Below, in pieces: positions 28,501 through 39,237 of a stretch of 64,000 bases of DNA (its first letter is position 1; the number at the start of each line of letters is the position of its first letter). The DNA is from Candidatus Latescibacterota bacterium. Its GTDB lineage: Bacteria; Latescibacterota; UBA2968; UBA8231. The translations under genes and the position numbers were made by a program. The stretch covers positions 2,400,001 through 2,464,000 of the forward strand of contig OZ253462.1 in assembly GCA_965261395.1 (NCBI GenBank), in the 5' to 3' direction. Below the pieces are notes generated by a model. The model saw only the letters and a program-made list of their open reading frames with translations, ran no database searches and was not told the origin of the DNA.

Positions 28501-30432
28501 ATGAGTGCGGTCTCTGTGGACTCGGCAAAGGGCTGTACTGCCAAGGCGCTTTTCGTCGGGCTGGCCGGGGCAGTCTGCCTGGGCTTAGGGTCGACCTACA
28601 ACGATATGATCATCAAAGGTTCCGGCTTGGCGGTTTGGAACCTGACGCCGGGGGCGATCTTTTTATTTTTCTCAGTCGTTGTCGGCAATGGGCTGGTGCG
28701 TTGGGTCTATCCCCGTTTGGCGCTGGTGCGGGGAGAGTTGGCGGTGGTGTTTTTCCTGTTGCTGTTGGCCAATACGCTTTCCGGGCGCGGTTTGCCGGTG
28801 CAACTGCTGCCGGTGATGACCGGAGCCTATTATTACGCGACCCCCGAAAATAATTGGCGAGAGCTGGTCCAGCCCTTTCTGCCGGATTGGCCGCTGCCGC
28901 AGGGGGATGAGGCTGTTCGCCGGTTTTACGAGGGCGCACCCGACGGGGCGATCCCCTGGGATGTATGGGTGGCGCCATTATGCTGGTGGGCCATTTTCGG
29001 GTTGGCGCTCTTTTGGGCGATGATCTGCCTGATGGTCATCGTCAGGCGCCAGTGGGTTGAGCACGAGCGGCTGAGTTATCCGATGGTGCAGTTGCCGCTG
29101 GCGCTCTTGGGCGGCGAGAGGCAGAAGCCTCTATTGCGGCGGGGACTGGTGTGGATTGGTTTTGCCGTGCCCTTTCTGCTCGGCTCGATCAACGCCCTGC
29201 ATAATTATTATGGGATCTTTCCCCAGGTGAGCTTGTCGCTGGGCTCGGTGGAGATCGTGCGCGGCATGCCCACGCTCGGGTTGGGGCTCAACTCCTCGAT
29301 GATCGGTTTCTCGTATTTCGTGCCGCAGAACGTCGCCTCGGGTTTGGTGGTCTTCTTTTTGTTCAATCGCTTACAGAGCGGGTTGCTGACGCAGTTTGCC
29401 TGGGGCGGCAGGGATGCCAGCATGGGCCCCTACAGCCAGTATACGGATTCGGTTATTATCTACCAGGCAATGGGGGGTATGATCGTGCTGGTGCTGGGGA
29501 TGTTATGGGTGGGTCGGGAGCATTTGCGGGCGGTGTTGCGCCGCGCTCTACGCGGCGCTGCGGATGTCGAAGACGGCGACGAGATCATGTCCTATCGCGC
29601 GGCGGTCGCTGGCGCGATAATTAGCTTTATGGTGATGACCGTCTGGCTCTGGCGCACGGGAATGCCATTGCCGGTGGCAGTGATGTTGTTAGTCGGCTCG
29701 TTTGTCGGTTTTATAACCATCACGCGGGTGGTCGCCCAAGGGGGGGTGGCTTCGATGTTTCCGCCGAGCAACGGCCCGGATTTCGTCATCTCGGGGGTCG
29801 GGGCCTCGCTATTGGGTTTCAAGGGCACAGTGGGGCTGGCGCTGAGCTATGCCTGGGGAGTGGATCAGTTGATCTTGCTGATGGCGGCCTGCGCCAATGG
29901 CCTGAAGCTGTTTACCGAGATAGACCTGGCCGGCCGGCGGCGGATGTTTTGGGGTGTTTTGGCGGTGATCGGGCTGACGCTGAGTTCGGTGATCGGGCTG
30001 ACGCTCTATCTGGCCTACGAACACGGGGCGATCAATCTGTCGAATTTTTATTTTAATAATGTCGCCCAGTATCCGTACAATTTTATGAGTAAGAACGTGC
30101 AGACCCCCGAGGGGCCGAGTCCAGGTATGTGGTCGCATACTTGGGTCGGGGCGGGAATTATGGGCGCGTTGATGTGGTTGCAATATCGCTTCGTGTGGTG
30201 GCCTTTTCACCCGCTGGGTTTTCCGATCAGTTGCGTCTTCGGCTCAATGTGGTTTTCGGTATTCGTCGCTTGGGCGATTAAAGGCACAGTACTCAAATAC
30301 GGGGGTTTGGGGCTTTTCGAGCGCTTGAAGCCATTGTTTTTGGGCTTGATCCTAGGCGAGGCGGTCGTCGCCGGCTTCTGGGTGGTCGTCGATTATTGCA
30401 CCGGGATGCAGGGCAATATCACCATGAGGTAG
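28501..30432 (+). CDS. Multi-pass membrane protein (DUF6785-like), possible transporter
   Basis: Many TM helices; RRQWVEHERLSYP, DEIMSYR, WWPFHPLG, PLFLGLILGE. Confidence 0.65.
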   Translation: MSAVSVDSAKGCTAKALFVGLAGAVCLGLGSTYNDMIIKGSGLAVWNLTPGAIFLFFSVVVGNGLVRWVYPRLALVRGELAVVFFLLLLANTLSGRGLPVQLLPVMTGAYYYATPENNWRELVQPFLPDWPLPQGDEAVRRFYEGAPDGAIPWDVWVAPLCWWAIFGLALFWAMICLMVIVRRQWVEHERLSYPMVQLPLALLGGERQKPLLRRGLVWIGFAVPFLLGSINALHNYYGIFPQVSLSLGSVEIVRGMPTLGLGLNSSMIGFSYFVPQNVASGLVVFFLFNRLQSGLLTQFAWGGRDASMGPYSQYTDSVIIYQAMGGMIVLVLGMLWVGREHLRAVLRRALRGAADVEDGDEIMSYRAAVAGAIISFMVMTVWLWRTGMPLPVAVMLLVGSFVGFITITRVVAQGGVASMFPPSNGPDFVISGVGASLLGFKGTVGLALSYAWGVDQLILLMAACANGLKLFTEIDLAGRRRMFWGVLAVIGLTLSSVIGLTLYLAYEHGAINLSNFYFNNVAQYPYNFMSKNVQTPEGPSPGMWSHTWVGAGIMGALMWLQYRFVWWPFHPLGFPISCVFGSMWFSVFVAWAIKGTVLKYGGLGLFERLKPLFLGLILGEAVVAGFWVVVDYCTGMQGNITMR

Positions 30433-30467
30433 CGATCGCGTCGCGATCATATCACAGGGAGGCAGCT

Positions 30468-31406
30468 ATGGCTGAACGATTGGTGTATTTCAACGGCGAG
30501 TTCGTCCCCGAGTCGGAGGCGCGGATCTCGATTTTTGACTGCGCCCTGATGTATGGGGACATGGTTTTTGAGATGACGCGGAGCTTTGGGCAAAAGCCCT
30601 TTCGGCTGCACGAGCATCTGGAGCGGCTCTACGGCTCGCTCAAATACGCGCAGATCGACTGCGGGCTGGATATCGACGCGATGGAGGAGGCGACCCACGA
30701 GACCATTGCCCGCAACCTGCCCGCGATCGGCGCGCTGGACTTCCAAATCATGCACGATGTCACGCGCGGTGCTCTGCCGCTGTACAATACTATCGTCAAG
30801 GAAGGCGCGGCCCCGATTGTCACCATCAATGTCTTCCCACTGGTGCGGCACACCGGCGGGATGGCGCATCTCTATCAACAGGGCGCGCACTTTGTCGTCC
30901 CGCCTCAGCAGTCGGTGCCTTCGCGCTACATCGACCCCAAGGCCAAAAACCGCAGCCGCATCTTCTACAAGCTCGCCGAGCTACAGGCCGCGCAGATGGA
31001 AGCCGGGGCCCAAGCGCTGCTGACCGACGAGCACGGCTTTATCACCGAGGGGACGGGCAACAACTTCTTCATGGTTCGCGACGGTCAGGTAATCACGCCC
31101 AAAGGACATAACATCCTGCGCGGCGTATCGCGCGGCACGTGTATAGAACTGGCCGCTAAGCTCGGCCTGCCCCTGTGCGAAGCCGATATCGAACCCTACG
31201 ACGTGCGCGAAGCCGACGAGGCGTGGTTTACCAGCACCACGATCTGCATGGTGCCGATTACGCGCTTTAACTTTCAGGCGGTGGGCGACGGCCAAGTGGG
31301 GCCAGTGTATCGTCGGTTGCTGGCGGCGTGGTCTGAGGAGGTGGGCGTGGACATCGCCGCTCAAGCGCGTCAGTACGCCGAGATGATGGAGGGGTGGACC
31401 CCCTAG
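30468..31406 (+). CDS. Aminotransferase class IV (branched-chain/D-amino-acid type)
   Basis: YFNGEFV, YGDMVFE, HLERL, DPKAK, TEGTGNN, ILRGVSR. Confidence 0.85.
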   Translation: MAERLVYFNGEFVPESEARISIFDCALMYGDMVFEMTRSFGQKPFRLHEHLERLYGSLKYAQIDCGLDIDAMEEATHETIARNLPAIGALDFQIMHDVTRGALPLYNTIVKEGAAPIVTINVFPLVRHTGGMAHLYQQGAHFVVPPQQSVPSRYIDPKAKNRSRIFYKLAELQAAQMEAGAQALLTDEHGFITEGTGNNFFMVRDGQVITPKGHNILRGVSRGTCIELAAKLGLPLCEADIEPYDVREADEAWFTSTTICMVPITRFNFQAVGDGQVGPVYRRLLAAWSEEVGVDIAAQARQYAEMMEGWTP

Positions 31407-31419
31407 GAAGGCTTCGATT

Positions 31420-32205
31420 ATGACCGACCATCCTACAGATGCCGAGCGCTTCTTCTTCGACAACAACGGCTACTTGGTGCTAGAAGATTTCCTCGCGCCG
31501 GATCGGGTCGCGGCCCTCGACGCGGCCCTGGAACGCACCATCGAGCGTCGCCGCGACCCCCAGTTCAAGCGCGAGCACGATCCGGCCTTTGCCGACCGGC
31601 TCGACGCGGCCAACGTGCGGGTCATGCACCTTTTGGCCGAGGATCCGCTCTTTTTGGAGATGCTCGACTACGAGCCGATGATGGCCTATGTCCACGGTCT
31701 CTTTAACGAGATGCCGCACCTGCACTCGACGGACGCCTTCTACGAGGTCGAACCCGCTGACTACCACGGGCAGGGCTGGCACATCGACGGGATTCAGGAT
31801 GGCTTCCGCAACCTCAAGCCGCATATCCCACTGTTGCAGTTCAAGGTGGGCTATTACCTGAGCGACATGAGCGCGCCCGACCAAGGCAACCTGACTTTAG
31901 TGCCCGGCAGCCACAAGGCGCTGCTAGAGCCAGGCACAGGGGATGGTATGCCCGGGGCTGTGCAAATATGTGGCGGCCCGGGGACGGCGGTGCTTTTTCA
32001 CAACGCGGTGTGGCATACGGTCGGCCCCTTTGTGCGTCGCGGGGGCAAGCGGGTGATGCTGTACTATGGATACGAACATCCCTGGATGCTGGCGTGTGCC
32101 GAGCAGTGGCGCTACGACCAAGCCTTTTTGCAGGAGCTTTCGCCCGCGCAGCGGCGCTTTTTCCACGGGTTTGTCTTCGACCCGCCTGAGTATCGCTGGG
32201 GATGA
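31420..32205 (+). CDS. Phytanoyl-CoA dioxygenase (PhyH) family
   Basis: NGYLVLEDFL, WHID, LVPGSHK, VWH. Confidence 0.85.
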   Translation: MTDHPTDAERFFFDNNGYLVLEDFLAPDRVAALDAALERTIERRRDPQFKREHDPAFADRLDAANVRVMHLLAEDPLFLEMLDYEPMMAYVHGLFNEMPHLHSTDAFYEVEPADYHGQGWHIDGIQDGFRNLKPHIPLLQFKVGYYLSDMSAPDQGNLTLVPGSHKALLEPGTGDGMPGAVQICGGPGTAVLFHNAVWHTVGPFVRRGGKRVMLYYGYEHPWMLACAEQWRYDQAFLQELSPAQRRFFHGFVFDPPEYRWG

Positions 32206-32768
32206 ACTGGAACTCGCCCGATCTGCGGGGGCGTCGCCAACTGGGCCTGACCCTGTTTTTGGCCTCACTGGCCGTGCTCTTTGGGGCCAGCATCGCGGCT
32301 TTTGCCTACCTGCGGCTGACCAGCCCGGTGCTGCAGGGGAGCGAGCGCATGGAGCTGCCGCTGGTGCTGGGTGTTTCGACGGTGGTGCTGTTGGGGGCTG
32401 GGCTGGCAATGTACAAGGCGACGCAGAACGCCCGGCGCGGACACTTTCCGCTGCTGCAGCGGTGGTTGGCCTGGGCTTGGGGGACGAGCGTGTTGTTTAT
32501 CGCTGTGCAGGTGCCGGCGCTGATGCAGCTACTCGACCGCCATCGGGCGCTGGAGGCGAGTACCTACGGCATTGCGTTCGCCCTAGTCGTGGTTCACGCG
32601 CTGCACGTGGTGGGTGGCATGGTGCCGTTGTCGGCGCTGGCGTGGAAGGCGCGCATGAATCGGCTCGACAGCGAACACTTGCTCTCGGTGCGGGCCTGCG
32701 CCGCGTATTGGCATTTCCTCGAAGCGGTGTGGATCGCGCTGTTGGCTGCGTTTTTTTTGTGGGGGTGA
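32202..32768 (+). CDS. Heme-copper oxidase subunit III-like protein
   Basis: LFLASL..LF, HALHVVGG, YWHFLEAVW. Confidence 0.8.
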   Translation: MNWNSPDLRGRRQLGLTLFLASLAVLFGASIAAFAYLRLTSPVLQGSERMELPLVLGVSTVVLLGAGLAMYKATQNARRGHFPLLQRWLAWAWGTSVLFIAVQVPALMQLLDRHRALEASTYGIAFALVVVHALHVVGGMVPLSALAWKARMNRLDSEHLLSVRACAAYWHFLEAVWIALLAAFFLWG

Positions 32769-33096
32769 GGGGGCGTGAGGGCATTGGCCGGTTGCTATCT
32801 GCGCCACGCCATTCGCTTGGTCGTTATCCTTGCACCGACATCCCGCGTTATTAATTTAGCCCTAGAAGTGAAATGACCGCGTCCGTCGTCAGATCGAGTT
32901 GTTATAGGAATACCCACACCCGCCTGATTGCTGATGTAATCACCGGCCAACGGAACGTAGGTGGAGTAGCGGCCAACCTATCCGATCATGCCAATGGGAC
33001 GGAGCAACTTGATGGGCTTGACGACGTAACAGGTGAGACCGACACTCCAGATTGGACATGGGCAGCGAGAAACGAATGCAGAGAGGCCAATCGGGA

Positions 33097-33984
33097 ATGA
33101 GATTCGATAGTCCGCTTAGATACCCTGGTGGGAAGGCCTCCCTTACGGCCTTCCTTGGCCGGGTAATCGAATTGAATGACCTCTCTGACTGTTCGTACTT
33201 CGAACCCTTTGCTGGAGGTGCAGGCGCTGCGTTACGCCTTCTTCGTGAAGGTGTTGTCTCAGAGCTTTACCTGAACGATATAGACCATCGCATCACCGCC
33301 TTCTGGAATGCTGTCCTTGACGAGCCAGAGCGGTTCGTCGAGGCCATCCGATCAGTCCCGGTAAGTATCCCAGAGTGGAAACGACAACAGCGCATTTATC
33401 TGAATGCTGAGACCAGTGAGTCTTTTGACCTTGGCTTTTCTGTCTTCTACCTGAACCGTTGCAATCGCTCTGGCGTCCTTTTCGGAAGCGCTCCTATCGG
33501 CGGCTACGAGCAAACAGGAAAATGGCAGATTGATGCTCGTTTCTACAGAGAGAGTCTCGCGAAGCGCGTTCTCGCAATTGCGAAAAAACGCGAGCAAATC
33601 CACGTAACCAACATGGACGCGATTAGCTTCCTTGTTAAACATCTGCCTCGTGGAAAAGAACGGAAACGTGTCTTCGCATATCTCGATCCTCCCTACTGGT
33701 CAAACGGCAATCGTCTTTATATGAATTTTTATAAGGAGCAAGACCACAAAAACCTTTCCCGCTATGTACGGCAGCAGAAAGCGCTCAACTGGGTTATGTC
33801 CTACGACGATGCGCATTTCATCAGAGATTTATATAAAACCTGTGGCACCTTCCATCTCTCGCTTCAGTACAGTCTCCAGCGCAAGCAAAAGGCGCAGGAG
33901 CTACTAATCGCGCCGTCCCATGTTCGACTTCCTGACTCTGTTGCATTAATTGACACGCATAATGAGGAAGCAGTGCCGGCTTAA
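33097..33984 (+). CDS. D12-class N6-adenine DNA methyltransferase (Dam family)
   Basis: SPLRYPGGK, YFEPFAGG, NDID, FYLNR, YLDPPY, MSYD; alternative start 33076. Confidence 0.9.
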   Translation: MRFDSPLRYPGGKASLTAFLGRVIELNDLSDCSYFEPFAGGAGAALRLLREGVVSELYLNDIDHRITAFWNAVLDEPERFVEAIRSVPVSIPEWKRQQRIYLNAETSESFDLGFSVFYLNRCNRSGVLFGSAPIGGYEQTGKWQIDARFYRESLAKRVLAIAKKREQIHVTNMDAISFLVKHLPRGKERKRVFAYLDPPYWSNGNRLYMNFYKEQDHKNLSRYVRQQKALNWVMSYDDAHFIRDLYKTCGTFHLSLQYSLQRKQKAQELLIAPSHVRLPDSVALIDTHNEEAVPA

Positions 33985-33996
33985 AAGGAGAGCTCA

Positions 33997-35100
33997 ATGA
34001 ATACCGCAGAGATTAACCCGATGAAAGTCTCGGATCTGACATTCGACCTCAAAAACCCCCGACTGCCTGAGTTTGATCTGACTGACAATGCGACGGAAAC
34101 CGAAGTGATAAAGGTTCTGTGGGAAGCGATGGACGTAAAGGAATTGGTGATGTCCATCGCGGCCAGTGGTTTTTTTTCTCACGAGCCCTTGGTCGTCGCG
34201 CAGGAGGGTGGGAAGAACGTCGTTATTGAAGGGAATCGTCGCCTCGCCGCAGTCAAGGTCCTTCTAAATCCGGCACTTGTTGAAGACCTGAAGGCGGACC
34301 TCCCTGCCATCACCGAAGATGCAAAGAAAGCGCTCCAAGAGCTTCCTACTATGCGGGGTACCCACAAAGATGCTTGGCGCTATCTCGGTTTCAAGCATGT
34401 AAACGGCCCAGCCAAATGGAGCAGCTACGCCAAATCCCTATACATTGCTAAGATACACCGAAATTTTGGCATCGAGTTGGAGAACATTGCGAAACAGATT
34501 GGCGATACCCACAGGACCGTCCAGAGGCTATTCCGCGGCCTTATGGTGATTGAACAAGCGGAACACATGGAGGTATTCCGTCGCGAAGACCGCTGGCACA
34601 ATCATTTTTCCTTCTCCCATCTCTACACCGGACTCGACTACGACGGCATCAGCACCTTTATCGGCTTACGACCGGAGACTGAGGAGGACCAGGAGCCGGT
34701 CCCAGATGAGAAGAAGAAAGAACTAGGTGAGATTTGTCTCTGGATGTACGGTAGCAAGAAGGAGAAGACACCTCCCGTCATCGAAACACAGAACCCCCAT
34801 CTCCGGTGGCTCGATGCAGTCGTGAGCAACAAGGAGGCTGTCGCCGCCCTTCGGGATGGGCAGACCCTCACCTATGCCTATGAGGCGAGCCGTCCATCAT
34901 CCACTGTTTTCGAGGAGTCCCTGCTTGCCTCGAAGAGAAACCTTGAGAAGGCACGCGGCCTGCTTTCCACTGGCTACGACGGTTCCGAGGAACTGCTCAG
35001 AATTGCCGGAGCGGTGGCGAATCTCGCGGATGACCTATACGACGAGATGGAACGCAAGCACAATCCTGGTAAGAAGACGCGCCTCACGGAGGACGGTTGA
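33997..35100 (+). CDS. ParB/Srx N-terminal-domain protein
   Basis: DLKNPRL, SIAASGF..EPL, VIEGNRRLAA; AAGGAG RBS. Confidence 0.8.
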   Translation: MNTAEINPMKVSDLTFDLKNPRLPEFDLTDNATETEVIKVLWEAMDVKELVMSIAASGFFSHEPLVVAQEGGKNVVIEGNRRLAAVKVLLNPALVEDLKADLPAITEDAKKALQELPTMRGTHKDAWRYLGFKHVNGPAKWSSYAKSLYIAKIHRNFGIELENIAKQIGDTHRTVQRLFRGLMVIEQAEHMEVFRREDRWHNHFSFSHLYTGLDYDGISTFIGLRPETEEDQEPVPDEKKKELGEICLWMYGSKKEKTPPVIETQNPHLRWLDAVVSNKEAVAALRDGQTLTYAYEASRPSSTVFEESLLASKRNLEKARGLLSTGYDGSEELLRIAGAVANLADDLYDEMERKHNPGKKTRLTEDG

Positions 35101-36026
35101 TGTTCAAATGGCCAGGGACGCCATCCGCCCGTCCGCCCGAACATGAGCTTGCCGACTACGCCGAACTGGTTTGTTGGAAGGACAACACCACATCAACGAC
35201 TGTCCTAACCGCTGACCTCGGCAGACTTGAGGAAAACGACTACTCTGAGGGTGTGCCGGGAGAGGAAGAAGCACCGCAAATCGTTGAAGAGGCGTACTTG
35301 GAAATTGAACGACGTGAAGAGGCTTGCAGATATGGCTATCCGTTTGTGGTCGGAGAACAGGGATATACGCTTCATGCCAGCCAGGAAGCCGGGAACCACA
35401 AGCACATCATTTACAAGTACCTGCTCCTAGCGACCCGACTGAACATGAAAGACGACCGCGAACACGCGGGTATTGACGGCGCATCCCTCTTTGAGGAACT
35501 CTCCTCGGAAGTGGCCCGGAAGTACCTTGGTGCTCGTGCGGAGAGCATCGTGTTCGGCACAGCCACTGGGATGGCTGATTTTCCAGGGAAGGTTAATGAT
35601 CTTTGCAAACGAATGAAGGAAGGTATCCGATTCTGTAAAAAAAGCGATTCCTCGTCAAACGAGCGAGACGGCAAACTGGATGTTGTTGCGTGGAAAGACT
35701 TCACTGATGGTTTACCTGGAAAGCTAATTACTTTTGGGCAGTGCAAGACCGGGACGAACTATAAGGACGAACTCACACAGCTTCAGCCCGATTCATTCTG
35801 CGACAAGTGGTTATTCAGAAATCCGGCTGTTCCCCCCGTACGTATGTTCTTGATTTCAGAGGCGTTGTCTCGGGTTGGTTGGTACGACGTTACACGCGAC
35901 GCTGGCTTGCTCTTCGACCGCTGTCGAATTGTCGATTTCTGTGACGACATCAGCGAAGACGTATTAGAGAAGGCAACAACGTGGACTGAGGCCGCGGCCA
36001 AGGTAAACGAATTGCCGGGTCTATAG
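35097..36026 (+). CDS. Putative PD-(D/E)XK restriction-endonuclease-like protein
   Basis: FEEL...DGKLDVVAW...FGQCKTG (Mrr-like D..QxK), LFDRCRI; overlaps the ParB gene stop. Confidence 0.6.
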   Translation: MMFKWPGTPSARPPEHELADYAELVCWKDNTTSTTVLTADLGRLEENDYSEGVPGEEEAPQIVEEAYLEIERREEACRYGYPFVVGEQGYTLHASQEAGNHKHIIYKYLLLATRLNMKDDREHAGIDGASLFEELSSEVARKYLGARAESIVFGTATGMADFPGKVNDLCKRMKEGIRFCKKSDSSSNERDGKLDVVAWKDFTDGLPGKLITFGQCKTGTNYKDELTQLQPDSFCDKWLFRNPAVPPVRMFLISEALSRVGWYDVTRDAGLLFDRCRIVDFCDDISEDVLEKATTWTEAAAKVNELPGL

Positions 36027-36028
36027 TG

Positions 36029-36150
36029 TTCTCTGGCGTCGCTGGCAGGTAGAAGCTGTTCTTGGTCCCGAAGTGAAGGCATTGGCGGATTCGACTCTTT
36101 CGTGAAGATTCTGTTCGATCAAGGGACGCCAGGGACTCTACGGCGTCGCT
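36029..36150 (+). pseudogene. Remnant of a DUF433/DUF5615-type TA pair
   Basis: FSGVA.QVEAVL (DUF433-like tail, 36029-36063), then GTG 36102 VKILFDQGTP..LRR (DUF5615 PIN-like start), truncated. Confidence 0.5.
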
Positions 36151-36226
36151 ATTCCGTTGGTTCGCCCACGGATGCCAGAAGCTCGGAGTCCGTGTGTATC
36201 TAGGACGAGGTATCGACGAGGATCAA
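36150..36226 (-). pseudogene. vapC: Truncated VapC PIN toxin
   Basis: TTG 36226 LILVDTSS*IH, with TAG where Trp is expected; directly follows the antitoxin. Confidence 0.7.
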
Positions 36227-36230
36227 CGGC

Positions 36231-36434
36231 TCAGCCTTGCCGACGCGTGGCCTGAAGCTCTTGCGGTGTGATCAGATCCAGGCAGGTGCCGGCGTATTGG
36301 ACGAGTTCCGCCATGCGCATGCGGCGGTTGAAGTCCGCGACGGCTCCGACGATGGCTTCGCGTTTGGTCTTTGCTTTCGTGAACCTGATGGCATCCTCAA
36401 GCTCATCCTCGGGAATATCAACAGTAGTTTTCAT
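36231..36434 (-). CDS. vapB: VapB-family antitoxin (orphaned)
   Basis: MKTTVDIPEDELEDA..TKAKTKREAI. Confidence 0.8.
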   Translation of the reverse strand: MKTTVDIPEDELEDAIRFTKAKTKREAIVGAVADFNRRMRMAELVQYAGTCLDLITPQELQATRRQG

Positions 36435-36467
36435 GTTGCTAAAGTAGCCATCTATAGAAGCTTGATC

Positions 36468-36534
36468 GAGAATAATTATATTCTCTATGTTACATAAAAA
36501 TCTAGGGTTTTACAGGCTATCTAGGGTTTTACAG
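36468..36534 (+). promoter_or_regulatory. Operator-like cluster upstream of the TonB receptor
   Basis: GAGAATA-ATTA-TATTCTC (36468-85); TATGT-T-ACATA (36486-96); ATCTAGGGTTTTACAG twice (36500-15, 36519-34). Confidence 0.55.
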
Positions 36535-36564
36535 CTCCAAGCACTTAACTCGGGAGGGTTTATT

Positions 36565-39237
<2,673 letters not shown>

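Noticed and set aside
32873-33100. 75-aa ORF upstream of the methylase as a controller protein
   Set aside because: No HTH or other recognisable motif.
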